Part shown: positions 27,455-40,083 of the stretch, in pieces
Position numbering within the stretch: position 1 is the first letter of the stretch
Layout of the letters: every line of letters starts with the position of its first letter
From: Stegostoma tigrinum
Taxonomy: Eukaryota
Length of the DNA: 64,000 nt
Assembly: GCF_030684315.1 (NCBI RefSeq)
Contig: NC_081396.1
Coordinates: 5,642,001-5,706,000, forward strand
Reading direction: 5' to 3'
Translations under genes and position numbers: made by a program
Notes under the pieces: model-generated
Seen by the model: the letters and a program-made list of their open reading frames with translations, nothing else
Database searches by the model: none
Told to the model about the DNA's origin: nothing

Positions 27455-27650
27455 CAATTTAGGGCAATTTACAATGGCTAATCCACCTGGACAGCAGGAG
27501 AAAACCGGAGCACGCAAAAGAAACTCATGCAGATACAGGGAGAATTTGCAAACTGCACACAGACAGTCACCTCAGGCTGGAATCGAGCCTGCATCGCTGG
27601 TAATGTGAGGCTGCAGTACTAACCACTTAGCCACTGAGCCTCTGTACCAC
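27455..27650 (-). mobile_element. tRNA-derived V-SINE (HE1-like)
   Basis: Reverse complement of ggctaagtggttagtactgcagcctcac..ggctcgattccagcc..tgctccggttttctcc. Confidence 0.7.
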
Positions 27651-29479
27651 CCCAAGGTTGTGATGATCAAAATCGTGAATTCAGAAACTCACAGAAACTC
27701 ACAGATAAACTATTGAGTTTGGAAAATTCTGAATGGTTTCTGAAATGGTTCCTCTTGCACTGCTTATACATCCGTGAGCAACTTAGTGTGAATTCCAATT
27801 CCTTCATTAAATCATGAGCATTTCAAATTACAAAGCACGTGCTATTTGTTGTTTGAAGTTGTTCATATAACTGCATGCAATCTTTTCTGTGTACAATGTT
27901 TCATTTCCACCAATTTTCAAAGAGTGCCCAGAAATCAATAAAAGGTGAAAACCAACATTAACCAGGCCAAACTGTTGTTAGTTTTACGATTTAAGACAAA
28001 AGGAAATTGCTTCTATTTAATTGATTTTACAAAAATGAATGGGAAATAAATTCCACATTCCAGTCGAATATTGCAGTGATGTTCATGACAAAGAATCTGA
28101 AGGAAACAAGTTAATACTGATGAAACTGGAACCCTGGAGCACAAGACTGAATTAGTTGAAGCAGAAAGAAAGAGGGGAAAGGATAGAAAGAGAGCAAAAG
28201 AGAGCAACAAAGAGAAAGGGCGAATGAGACACTTTGTACGAGTTTAAGGGAGAACAGGGCCGTTACTAATACAAAAATACTGACATAATCCCACAAGCAT
28301 TCTGCCGGACGCGGTGTTGGATAGGGAAAGGGCATCATAATTTTGTCATTCGACTTACTGATTCGATCACTTTCACAGAAGAGAAATTAATTGAATGCAT
28401 ATGTGTAAAAGTAAACTAACAAATGTTCCAATCACAAATGAAAATAACACCATTAGCAACAGGAACATAATGCTGGAAATGCTCAACAAAATCTACAAGC
28501 GAGACGAATGATTGATGAGAACTGCTTGTCCAGTGGCCAAAAGTGCCTCAGGATGAACAGTCAGTCTTTATTCTTCCTAGAAGTAGCTGATTTCCTTTCA
28601 TGATGCTTTGTCAGTGCACTAACAACTTCGCACTGTAATGACAATGTTCTGACGTTATAATGTGAACATCTGAATGAGCAGAAACGTGAATATTGTCAGA
28701 CGATTACGAAATAGTCTCTTGGACTATGGTCTCCTTGCTCCATCGCTGATTACACATGAGTGTGCTTAGTTCCTTTTTTCAAGAGAATTAGGTACCAATA
28801 TTCACTGTCCATCCTCCTTATAAAATTCAATACACGGGCATATTTCGAATTGTCAGGCCTAGATCTTTTCATCTCTGGATTGTCGGAGACTGGGTGTAAT
28901 GACCCATATTGTCTGGCACGATCCGATGGTCTGATTATCTGTGAATACCTGTGAAGCTTGAACATCTGAAAGGCAGTTTCCAGCTTCTTGAAATCTGCCA
29001 AAATGTCTGTACTTCTGAGTTATCGGTCAGGAAATGTGTAGTATAGAAGGAAAAAATCTTTTACGGCTTTTATGCTCTGCCTCTTAAACGGTAACAGTTT
29101 AACAAATACTCATTTGGTTCTTTATCATTTAAGATAGTGGTTTTCAGATCTTTGGCACGTAAGGGCTTGAACGATGGCTTTCTGATTTGAGTGGGAAAGT
29201 TCCACACAACAAGCCACAAGAGAAAGTGCATGACGATGTTTAATTGCTGTTCACCCTTTAAATTAACTGGTGACACGAGTGACGGTCGCATCAACACTCC
29301 CTTCAGCTCCTCACATAATTTGATTTGGCAAAAATGTCGATGAAGGCATTGTTACAGGAACTGAGTCATTGGAGCGTTTTTACCTTTTCCCAAAGAAAGG
29401 ACTCCAGGTTACTCAATTCCAGGCAAGTGATCTAACTGACAGTGAGATACTATTGTAGAGAAAACATTCGATGTAAGTG

Positions 29480-30700
29480 ACTGGCAGGAGGGGTCAGTGG
29501 AGAAAGTTAACGAAGAGCAAGGCAGTGTACAAAAGGAATATAGATAGGTTCAGTCTGTGTGGAAATATCTGGAAGCTAGAGCATCATGTTTAAATGTTTG
29601 AAATTGCCAAATGTGGCACGAAGAATAAAAAAAATGCGAAGTACGTTATCTAGATGGATAAGGATTGTAGAGTTCTGACATGCGGAAGGGTGTCACAGCC
29701 AATGACGCATGGTAGGTGAATAACTACACGCAGGAAATAATTAGGAATGTTAATACAGCACTCTCATTTTTCAGAATAGAATTCAGAGAACGATTGATTC
29801 ACAATTTGTCACTCCGTAGGAAGAAGCCATTCAGCCCTTTAGTGTCAATTTCTTGAAGTTTCTGCATATAACCTGCGTATTTTCTCGATGTATAATAGCC
29901 CAGTGCCCTTCTAAATGTCTCAATTAAGCAAGCCTCCAGCTCTTTCTAGGCTGTTCACTCCAAAATCGGACGACATTTTGGGTGAAAAAGCATTTATCTC
30001 ACGACACAATTTCTTAATTTACAAAATATCTTATGCCAGTGGCGTTTGGCTCTCAAACCTTTTAACAGCAGGAACAATTTCTTCACTTCTGTTGTGACCA
30101 AACATTTGTATAAAAGTAGGGATATATGCTTCAATTATGCAGCTTTTTGGGGGAGGTGTGTGAGCGGAGTGTGACGTCATTTGGCGTTCTATGTACAGTA
30201 CTACACTCGTTATTTAAGAAGTATGTCAAAGTTTTGAAAGCAGTTCGTCACAATTTTACTGAATTGAGGACTCGAATGGAAGGTGGATTTGTGACATCAG
30301 GATGGACAGTTGAAGCTTGTCCGCTTGTGGCTACAGGAGGAAGAGCCCATTCAACTTACACATATAAGACTTTCAGTAGTTTTGATCGGATATACTTGGA
30401 AAGAATGCTCTCTCTTGTAGGTGAACTTTGAACTCCGAATCCGGACTTGATGGTGAGGAGTTGAACACTTAAGACAGAGATAAAAACCATTTCTTCTCTC
30501 ACAGGGTGTAATGAGTGTTTGGAACTCTGTTTCTCGAAAGCTGTTATAAGCAGCGATTTGGATATTTTTAAGGCAGAGTTAAATACATTCCTGATTCTTA
30601 AAAATAAAACACCAGTGGCAGTGGGAGTAAATGTGAATGTGAAGGATCCTGTTGAATTTTGATTGATTTGAATGGCAGAGCAGACTTGACGTGCTGGCTC
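29480..30700 (+). mobile_element. Degenerate CR1-type LINE 3' region
   Basis: CR1-like 3' ORF2/UTR words (catttcttctctcacagggt..tggaactct..ttttaaggcagagtt). Confidence 0.5.
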
Positions 30701-31243
30701 GAGCTGTTAAGCCATAACTTCATGGGAAACAACAGAAAGATTTATAAGTGACTGCATGCTCAGTTCCAGGGTATTGACAATTTGACTGGGCTAGCTCACA
30801 TTTTAACATGACTTTCATAAGTTGCACTGACTCAGGTTGAATAAGTCTGAGATGCCTTCCCCCCGATTGAATGTTGAACCAAAATGCCGGTTACAAGTGC
30901 AGAGGAAAGTTAATGACTTCCTGGCAGTGTGGCAGGTAGGGTGTTGTAGTGTGTGAAATATTCCCAGTGCCCTGAAACAGCGCTTTATCCTCAAAGAATG
31001 GCATCAATGAAACCAGATGACCGATATCCCAGCTCATCTTTCTGAGTGCGTGCAGAACAGAAGCTCTTATTAACAGAAGTTTCCAATCCCGCCCCCTGTC
31101 CGTCAGAATAATGTAGGAGGGGATTTCACATCGCATCAAGGAAAGTGCCCTCTGCAAATTAATGCAATCGTTCAACTATATTTTAGTCCAGTTCTGAGAC
31201 CCCGTCTGCGAGAGCAGTTTCCAGCTCCCGGTTCACGTAAATC

Positions 31244-31716
31244 ATGTGTTGCACCATAGGACTCATTCTTATCTTCACACTGTGTGCCTATTTACACCGT
31301 AAGTACGGATCAAGCTATATAACATCGTGGACATTTTGCATAAAACTCTCCATGTCCATGAAAACAGCCGGCATTGTGTCGGGGTCCAGGTCACTTAATG
31401 CTCATTAATGTATCTCTCTTTAATTTCCAGGATCTTTCTGTCAGTCAGTGGTGCAGACCCCGCCAGCAGCAACCAGGGAAGAGTGCCAATCTCTCATCAT
31501 TGACTGTGTTTTCTACGGTGGCTTCTTCGCTTATCCTTTAACGAGAGGGGATTTCTTCAAACAAACCCAAACTGGATCAGCGTGGGAGCAGGTCTCGGCA
31601 GGGGGGAGGTTTAATGTGAGGATAAATAAAGAAGAAAAGACATTTTCGCTGGAAATTCAGGATGTGAAAGTTGAAGATACCGCCACCTATTATTGTAAAG
31701 CCGAGTACAGAGGTAA
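31244..31716 (+). CDS. NAR-TCR V gene (leader 31244-31298, V exon 31431-31716)
   Basis: MCCTIGLILIFTLCAYLH C|GTAAGT; acceptor ttccAG 31429-31430; IgNAR-like V lacking CDR2 (KQTQTGSAWEQVSAGGRF), FSLEIQDVKVEDTATYYCKA, extra FR1 Cys (REECQSL); RSS CACAATG(31717)-23-AAATAAACA(31747). Confidence 0.9.
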
Positions 31717-32096
31717 CACAATGATGGACTCAGCTTCCCGTGACCCAAATAAACACTGCCTGCAAATTATCACAGAAACAAGTGAAAATCCCGACTCCAT
31801 CTGGCCTGAACAGTCCATAATTTCACCTCTCACTGCCAGCTCCACAGGTCTGTTTATAACAGAACTGGACTGCCACTGTTATCATCTTCTGTATAGTAAA
31901 TGCTGAGCGGTGTGATAGTGATGTATTTTGTGGGATCGTTGTCAGTGAATCAATGTTGGAAATAACGAATCCCTATCAGGAGTCTCTGATAGCAGATGGG
32001 ATCCACTTCTGAAGCTGGCTCCTGGAGCCACAGTTTTATCAAAGTTTCCGCATCAGACTGATACCAGGTGATTTGGTGCTGGCTGGAAACATTGTG

Positions 32097-32112
32097 TGAC
32101 TAGTTGGGATTT
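32097..32112 (+). other. NAR-TCR D segment flanked by 12/12 RSS
   Basis: TGATTTGGT(32069)-12-CATTGTG(32090) TGACTAGTTGGGATTT CACAGTG(32113)-12-TCAAATATC(32132). Confidence 0.85.
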
Positions 32113-32490
32113 CACAGTGGATGAGACCTGATCAAATATCATGTACAATGAAAATACATATTCTGTGGGCTCGTAGCCAAACATGTGTTGGTAGATGTCT
32201 GCACCCATATTTATTTTATTTTTAATTTTCCGATTTCTGATCTAGTTCTTCTACGTTGTTCCCAATTTCTGTGCAGATTTCATTTCCAGTTCGCATTCTT
32301 CTGTCGTGTCTCTCATATATTAGAGTTTCCCCAAGAACGACTTGAACTGACATGTTATATCAAACTTGGAATCGAGCGACATGATTCAATTCTCCTCAAC
32401 AATGAAGCAGAGCTGAATATTGATTTTCCCCCAGGAGATTTGGAAGTCAGCAGTTCTTGCGTTGGTGTGACTGAGAATGGTGTCACTGTG

Positions 32491-32543
32491 AGACGAGTAT
32501 CACACTGTGGATGGGTCCGGGACGGAGTTGACTGTCACAGCCG
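32491..32543 (+). CDS. NAR-TCR J segment
   Basis: AGTTCTTGC(32452)-23-CACTGTG(32484); encodes DEYHTVDGSGTELTVTA; phase-1 donor G|GTAAGT at 32544. Confidence 0.9.
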
Positions 32544-33663
32544 GTAAGTGGTTCGATACCCCACTGTGTTCAACACTGCCCAGGAAACTGCGTACTATCT
32601 TTGTATTCTTGTGATCTATATTTTCTTCAACAGAATTTCATCTAAAACAAGGAAGTTCTAAGGAAATTGTTAATTGCAATTTTAGATTTGAGAGCAGAAC
32701 TAGCAGCATGAGTGAGGTCTTGGAGGGAAACCAGATACAAGGCAGCATAGGTTTAATAAACTTAATCTGGTACATCCTTGGTCGAAAGGCGACATCAGGT
32801 CATAAATCCAGCATCCCAGTCTCTCACGCTCAGTCAATTTGAATTGTTTAAGATCGGCTCAACTTATGAAACCTCTAACTCGCACTCACTCGTCCTCAGT
32901 TGCAAGTTCCTGTGAACACAGGAGGGATGCCAAACAGTTCTCTCCTGCGAAAAGGATTTCTGTCTGATCCTATCAATTGGAACGAGGAACCCAGAAAAAT
33001 TATCTTGATCTACAGTGATTAGTATGAGATCTGGAGGGGCTCAAAGCCCAGAAAATGACAAGTGGCTTCAGAGATCATGGTTTTAGTCCTCACAGATTTT
33101 TATTATGGTACAGTCACTGACTGAATTTAGTTTTATTCTCCCTGAAATCTATTTCAGTTGGCTTAACATGAGCAATCATTTTCTTCCTTTGCTCCTTTCA
33201 ATCGAAATGTGTAGCCACAAACACACACCCACAGTGAATATTAATGTTTGAGACACTGGTGTTAACATTTTTTTCCATTGGCATCTTGAATTTTGTGAAT
33301 AGCCAAATCATAAACTAACACAGTTACGTTTTGTTTTTAACTCTTCTGTTGTTAGAAAGCATACAGACAACACAGTATGTAGTGGTTTGGCGAGAATCAA
33401 AATCCCAGCCCGTACGTGATGAATTGCTTAGATTCAGTCTGACAAGTCATAGTATTCTCTGATTTCAGAATTTTGGATCTATTCTTTGCAATGGTTGGCT
33501 TCAAGATCTTGCTGGATTTATCACTGTAGATACCACCAATATGCTTTCTTTTATATGTTTTCCCCCAAACTTTCCAGTTCGATTTCATGCCGTCTTTGAA
33601 CAAGACTGTAATAGCTCTCAGCTTATTTGTGTAAGAGTCTGTACACAGGCGACATATTTATTC

Positions 33664-35157
33664 ACCGTTTGTCTGAGCATTCCAATATAATCCTTTGTTT
33701 TGCAACTACAGAAGCGAGAAAACCTTTAACATGACTAACAGGGAGGCTATGGCCACGCGCATGGGCCCAAGCTATGCCTGCCTCTTCGCAGGACATGTGG
33801 AACATCCTTATTCTGACTGTTGTACTGGAACGAAGCCCCACCTCATCCTCCACTCCATTGACGCCTGTATCAGTGTTGCTCAGTTGCTCCCATGAGGAGT
33901 TTGAGCAGTTCATCACTTTCTTAACACTCTTCACCCCAACCAGAAAATTCACCAGGACCATCTCCAATACCACCTTCTCCTTCCTGGACCTCTCCATATC
34001 CATCTCTAGTGACTGCCTCAAAGCTAACATCTATCTCAAGCCTGCAGACTCCCACATTCACCTGAACTACATCTCCTGTCACCCACCACCCTGCAAGAAT
34101 GCAATTCCCTATTCTCAAATCGTCTGCCTCTACTGCATCTGCTCCCAAGATAGAGCATTCCACTCCTGAGCAACCCAGATGTCCTCCTTTTTAATTATCA
34201 CAACAAACCCCTCTGGTGATCAAAAATGCCCTCAACTGTATCTCTTGCACTTCCCACATTTCAGTCCTCATACCCCTCCCGCCCAGAGATAAACACGGAA
34301 TCACGCTTGTCCTCACGTGTCACTACACCAAACTCTGCATCTAGTGTGTCATTCTCTGCCACTTCCACCATCTACAATTCGACCCCATAACCAAAAATAT
34401 ATTTCACTCTCCACCCCTACCTGCCTTCTGTAGAGACCACTCTCTCTGCAACTCCTTCATCTGCTCCACACTCCCAACTAACCCCTCCACACCCAGCACA
34501 TTTGCTTGCAACAGCAGGAAGTACTATTCCCACCTCACCTCAATTCAAGACCCAAAACAAACATTTCATATCAGACTGGTGTTGACCTACACATCTGTCT
34601 ACATGGTCTACTCGATCCACTCCTCCCAATGTGGCATTCTGTGCATCGGTGAGACCAAGCGCAGATTCAAAGACCATTTAATTCAGCATCTGTGCTGTGT
34701 ACGTGACAAAAGGCAATAATTTCCGGTCACCAACAATTTCAACTCCCGCTTCCTCTCCCTGGGAGATACATCCATCCTAGGCCTCCGTCAGTGTCACAAT
34801 GACACAATCCGCAATCTGGAGGAGCAACATCTCATATTGCACCTCGGGAGCGTACAGCCTGAAGGCCTAAACGTGTAATTCACCAGTTTTAAAATATCCC
34901 CACCACCGGCTTCATCCAACCTTCCCTCTCATCCCTACCTTGTTGTCCTAACCCAACCTGACCATCTTCTCTCACATGTATTCACTCCATCACACCCACA
35001 TTCCCCGGCCACACTCCTCATCTTCCTATTTATTTCCCAGGTCCCTTCCCCCTCCCCATTTCTGAAAAAGGGCCCAGACCCGAAACATCAACTTTTCTCT
35101 CCTCTAATGCTGCCTAGCCTGCTATATTCCTCCATGCTCCACACTTTGTTGTCTCAC
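33664..35157 (+). mobile_element. Penelope-like retroelement fragment (RT, GIY-YIG, terminal repeat)
   Basis: AMATRMGPSYACLFAG, FSFLDLSI, YLKPADSHIHLNY..HP..CKNAIPYSQ, CGILCIGETKR motifs with frameshifts. Confidence 0.85.
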
Positions 35158-36737
35158 TTGCTAAGACCTTGTGCTGAATTTTACTTCTTCCTTTCACAGC
35201 AAGCTGATGTGGTGTTCAAGTCAGAGGGTCGAGGTAAAGGGTGGCTTTTCAGACTGCTAAAAAGTTACCTCAGAACACAATGGGACCTTGACCACATGGT
35301 ATGGCCAAGTAGGCGTTAGAGGGATATGGGCAAAATGCTGGCAAATGGTGCTTAATTAACTTAGGATAGCTGGTCTGCACGGACTAGCTGTAGTGAAAGG
35401 TTGCTTCCATGGTGTACACCTCTAGGACTCTGTGAGATCGAAAGTCTGGCGTTGGGCCAATGTTACATATAGGATTACACCGGTTTGTTTTACATTAATC
35501 ATAACTTTGAAAAAATATATGTTGGCCTAATTTAAAACTATCCAGCTCTTAAGGGATCCGATAAGTAATCCATACGCCTTGCTCGATGTTTCAATATAAA
35601 GCAGGTCAATGTATTTGGAAAGAGAGTGGAGTATAATGTCAAGACAGGTGAGCCACCCTGATGCTCTTCAATTTTATGGCCCCATTTAAGGGTGTTATGA
35701 CCTCTCCTGTTCAGTATTTGTATACTTCACCACCATCAGCTTTGATTTTCTTTTAATACCATTGAATAAAGGGTTGAGCAGAATTGAGCATCGTATGGAA
35801 AATTTGAACAGCCTGGGCCTCCTGTCGAATGTCGGGCAGTCTGAAGTGTTTCCAAAGAAATCCTTGAAGTTCAGCTAAAGGCTGAATGAAACCCATTTGA
35901 CGACATTCGTTCCTCCATTTGTCAATCTGGAACAAAGTACTGCACAATACATGACAGCGACAACACAACGGATGATTTAGAGGGACACATTTCTGAAGAA
36001 GGGTCTAGGCTCAAAACGATAGCTTTGCTCCTCCTCTAATGCTGCTTGACCTGCTCCGTTCATCCAGCTCTACACCTTGTTATATACAGATGATTCAGAC
36101 GAATGCATTTATGCAGAGACAAATCAGAATGTGGAGCTCCCTGACATGTGGAGTGTTTGGATGACATGGCTCAATGTGATGATTGTATAGTTTCAAAACA
36201 GAGAAGGAAAAGTGGAAGGGAATGGGAGGAAGCAATAATGAGGTAAAAACGTGTCAGCTACAATTCAGGAGAGAGGAGGCATTTGCAGAATACAAGAACA
36301 GACGCAGGCAATTGTCCTGAATGGACTACAACTGATCTGCAGATTCCAAATGACGCAATTCTCAGAGAACACTCTGCCAGATAACACAGATAAGAGCTCA
36401 TCACCCGACTGAGGGACGTGGAATTGTCACAAACCCTCAGAACATAGTTCTCAGTGCCGATAAAACCATGTACAAATGGCACTGGATGGGCCCAAACGCT
36501 AATTGCAAGACTTCAGGACCAATTCACAAGATTGGAAATAGCAAACAAATGTCACAAAGTGAGAGATATAGATTTTGAAACGAAATGACTGGAACAGAAC
36601 TCAGAAATGTGAAATAGATCGAGATTGGTTCCCTAATTTACGAAAAGACAAATAGTTGCAATGGTAGACTGGAACAATAGTGTGGTTATACAAATGTTGC
36701 AGAAAGTTGACATCTGTGCACAAAACAATAAAAGTCT

Positions 36738-37658
36738 GGAGGGCTTCAGAGTAGATTTGTACCTCGGGTTGTGGATGATGTGGTTGGTTGGCTTGCCAAG
36801 TTAGTTCGTTGTTCTGCAGACGTTTCATTACCCTGCTGGGTAACATTATCAGTGCAGTCTCCGATGAAGCATTGTTGTGTTTTGCTGCCTGTTATTTGAA
36901 CTCTGGTGTCCACCGGGCTGGTTTACCTCACTCCCCGTTTTCCTTCACAGTGGACCGATATGGGGTCGACCTATATGAGTTTATTGATGGCTTTCTTAGT
37001 GGAGTACCAGGCTTCCAGGAATTCCCGTGTTTGTCTCTGCTTTGCTTGTCCCAGGATTCTGGTATTGTCCCAATCGAACTGGTGGTTCTCCTTATCCATG
37101 TGGTTAGAGATGAGTTAGTATTGGTCATGTCTTTTTGTTGCCAATTGATGTTCGTGGACACTTGTAGCTAATTCCCATCCTGTTTGTCCAATGCAGTGTT
37201 TTTCATATACAAGATTCCCAGCAGTGACTGTGACAAATATTGCATTGGACAAACAGGAAGGAAATTAGCCACAAGGGTCCAAGAACATCAATTGGCAACA
37301 AGAAGACACGACCAATACTCATTCATCTCTATCCGCATTGATAAGGAGTACAAACAATTCGATTCAGATAATATCAGGATCCTGGGACAAACAAGGCAAA
37401 GACAAACATGGGAATTCCTGGAAGCCTGGCACTCCAATAAGTAAGCCATCAATAAATACATGGAGCTCGACCCCATATCCACTCCACTGCGATGGAAATC
37501 TGAAATAAGGTTATCCAGCCCAACAGACATCAGAGTTCAAATAACAAGCAGCAAAACACAACAGCGCTTCATCGGAACTGCACTGATGATGTTAGCCAGC
37601 AGGGTAATGAAACTTCTGCGGAACAACGAACCAGCTTGTCGAGCCAACCAACCACATT
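36738..37658. mobile_element. Penelope-like element, inverted pair of 3' fragments
   Basis: IYKIPSSDCDKYCIGQTGRKLATRVQEHQLA...EFLEAWHS; inverted arms centred near 37195. Confidence 0.85.
36814..36857 (-). ncRNA. Minimal type I hammerhead ribozyme motif (one core mismatch)
   Basis: ctgca CTGATAA t gttaccc agca gggtaat GAAA c GTC tgcag: stem I 5 bp, stem II 7 bp; core reads CUGAUAA rather than CUGAUGA. Confidence 0.65.
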
Positions 37659-39433
37659 AATGAAAGTGTCACGAGAGGTTACAGAATAAAGCATACAGCT
37701 TCGAAAGCTTTATTGAGGGCAAAAGTAAAGAAATTGCTTTAAAGCTGTGCAACATGCTTTGAACCGAACCAGAATATTATGTCAGGCTCTGGACAAGGTC
37801 CTTTAGGATGGATGTGAAGGCACGAAAGAGCACGCAGAATCATCGACAAGAATGATTTCATAGATTAGAAAGTCGGGGACAGAGATGGAGTGAAGAAGTT
37901 GGGACTATTTTCCTTTGAGAATTGAAGTTTGAGAAAAAAGAAAGACTCAGAACAAAGAACAATATAGCGCAGGTACAGGCCCTTAGGCCTCGAGACCTGC
38001 GCCGAGACAGTTTGCCCTTCCATGCTAAAATTGTCGTCACATGCAAGATCCATACCTCTTTATTCCCTTCCTATTCAAGTGTTCATTCGGGTGCTTCATG
38101 AATTTTGCTATTCTTCTTGCTTCCACCACCTCCTCTGGCAGAGCAATCCAGGCACTGCACATGCTTTGTGTGGAAAACGTGCCTTGCAGATCTCTTTTAA
38201 AATCACCTTCCACCTACACCTCTCTGCACCTTGAACCTATGTCCCCTTGTAATTTACACATTCACCCTGAGAAAATGCTGCGTATATTCCACTCTATCTA
38301 TGCCATTCACAATCTTACAAAATTCTTTCAGGTCGCCCCTCAACCTCCTGTGTTCCAATAAAGTAAACCCGGTCTAGCGAACATTTCTCCGTAGCTGAAA
38401 ACCCCCATACTAGGCAACATCCTGCAAACCTTTTCTCTACCATCTTCAAAGCATTCGCATCCTTGCTACTTGATAAAGGTATTCAAAATCATACGGAGTC
38501 GGGGTAGAGTAGATAAAGTGAAGTTGTTCCCACTGGCGGAAAACTTGGGATCTAAAACGTACATATCAGCAGAATTGATGAAAAAGAATCAATGATGACT
38601 TGAGAAAAGGAAAAAGAATTCCATACAGCATAGTTATGATTTGGAATTTGTTTCCAGTTTAATATGAAAAGACAAACTTGATCAGGGTTTTCAAGAGGAA
38701 ATTGGATATTTGTCTAAGAATGAAGAATGTGTAAGTCTGCTGGGAGAGACTGGGAAGTGGTACTCGCTGAATTCCTCATTAAGATCGGCAGCATGTGCAC
38801 GCCAGGCTGTATAACCTTCATCTGTACTGTTAATACTCTTTGATTCTATTCTGTGATACTGTGGCCTATAGATACCTACCATTCATCCAGATCAATCACT
38901 GCTGATGAGTTTTATTATGTTCTGTTGGATCTTACTGAGGTCAGTGATGTGCCACGGTGGAAGTTTTTGTCGGTCATGCAATTCTGGAAGCGGATAATCT
39001 TTCCCCAGATGCACATTTCACTAGAAATGCACAAGATTTTAACAAAATCATGGAAGCAAACAGCACAGCTACTTATCCGGTCGTCCCTAGTGCAGGTGCA
39101 GATAGTTCAAAAAAGCAACAAGTGTTTTCCCGTTCTGTTATTTTTTATCCATTCTCCCGGCGTAATTTCTGTTGTAGTAACAAAGTTAGTTTTGATTCTG
39201 AACTCCGCTAACGCATTCTGGCATTTCAGCCACATCACAAAAGGTCACAGTGGCAACAACAAGAACTTGCAACCTCTCTACGTTATTTTGTTAATTGTGA
39301 CAAAGACATCCCAGCAAAGAGTCAAATTAAGAAATAAAATATCTCAAATACAGAACTGTTTATCTAGTTGTCAAGATTCTGGTGCAATCAGTTCTCTTTT
39401 TTTTTAGTTTTAGTTTTTGCTTTTATTCCACAG

Positions 39434-39743
39434 ATTCTCCGACCTTGGTGTCTCGCAGTCCAGCCGTACAAACCTCTGTTACTGGTAACACCGTTACTTT
39501 AAGTTGTGAATATTCGGGATTCTGTCATTACACAGTTTACTGGTACCGTCAGTCCCCAGTAGAGGGTCTGAAATACCTGCTTCAGAGATACACTTCAGGA
39601 GAGCAGAACAAAGAAACTGCAGTAGGAGGAAGAATTTCTGCTGATATTGACTCCACAGCAAAAATCAGTCGTTTAAAGATCTCCAGAATACAACTGAGTG
39701 ACTCCGCTGTGTATTATTGTGCCCTAAGTCGGCGCTCAGCAAA
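39434..39743 (+). CDS. Leaderless supporting TCR-delta V exon, copy 2 (likely partner of the 31-32.5 kb NAR-TCR VDJ)
   Basis: Acceptor ttccacAG 39432-39433, phase compatible with the J donor (G|AT = Asp); LSCEYSGFCHYTVYWYRQ...DSAVYYCALSRRSAN; consensus RSS CACAGTG(39744)-23-ACAAAAACC(39774). Confidence 0.92.
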
Positions 39744-40083
39744 CACAGTGTGCCGGAGCACGGGCAGAGCTGTACAAAAACCTGAACAGAATGGGAATTA
39801 CAGACAAAATGATACAGATTATGGGCAAAGCTGTACAGAAGTCTGAACACAGTGGTGATTACGACACAATAGTACAGAGCACGGAGAGAGCTGTACAAAC
39901 CCCAAACAGAATGGGGATTACAGACAAGATGATACAGAGCACGGCCAGAGTTGTAAAAAAACATGAACATACTGGCGATTAAGACGTCGTAATACAGAGT
40001 GCTGAAAGAGATGTACAAAACCTGAACTGACTGGGGTTACAGAAATAACGATACAAAGAACGGAGAGGCAGGTACAAAAAAAT
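39744..40083 (+). repeat. Tandem array of 6 RSS-derived ~60-bp units
   Basis: Heptamer-like words at 39744, 39805, 39865, 39925, 39985; nonamer-like words at 39774, 39835, 39895, 39955, 40015, 40074. Confidence 0.9.

Noticed and set aside
28540-29400. Possible decayed coding sequence on the minus strand
   Set aside because: No family motif recognised; needs a translated homology search.
38853-39407. 184-aa ORF upstream of supporting V copy 2 as a possible leader or gene
   Set aside because: Starts at a non-ATG codon, has no signal peptide or donor, and the frame is not conserved in the paralogous copy.
39848-39854. Extra perfect CACAGTG in an array linker
   Set aside because: No nonamer at 12 or 23 bp.
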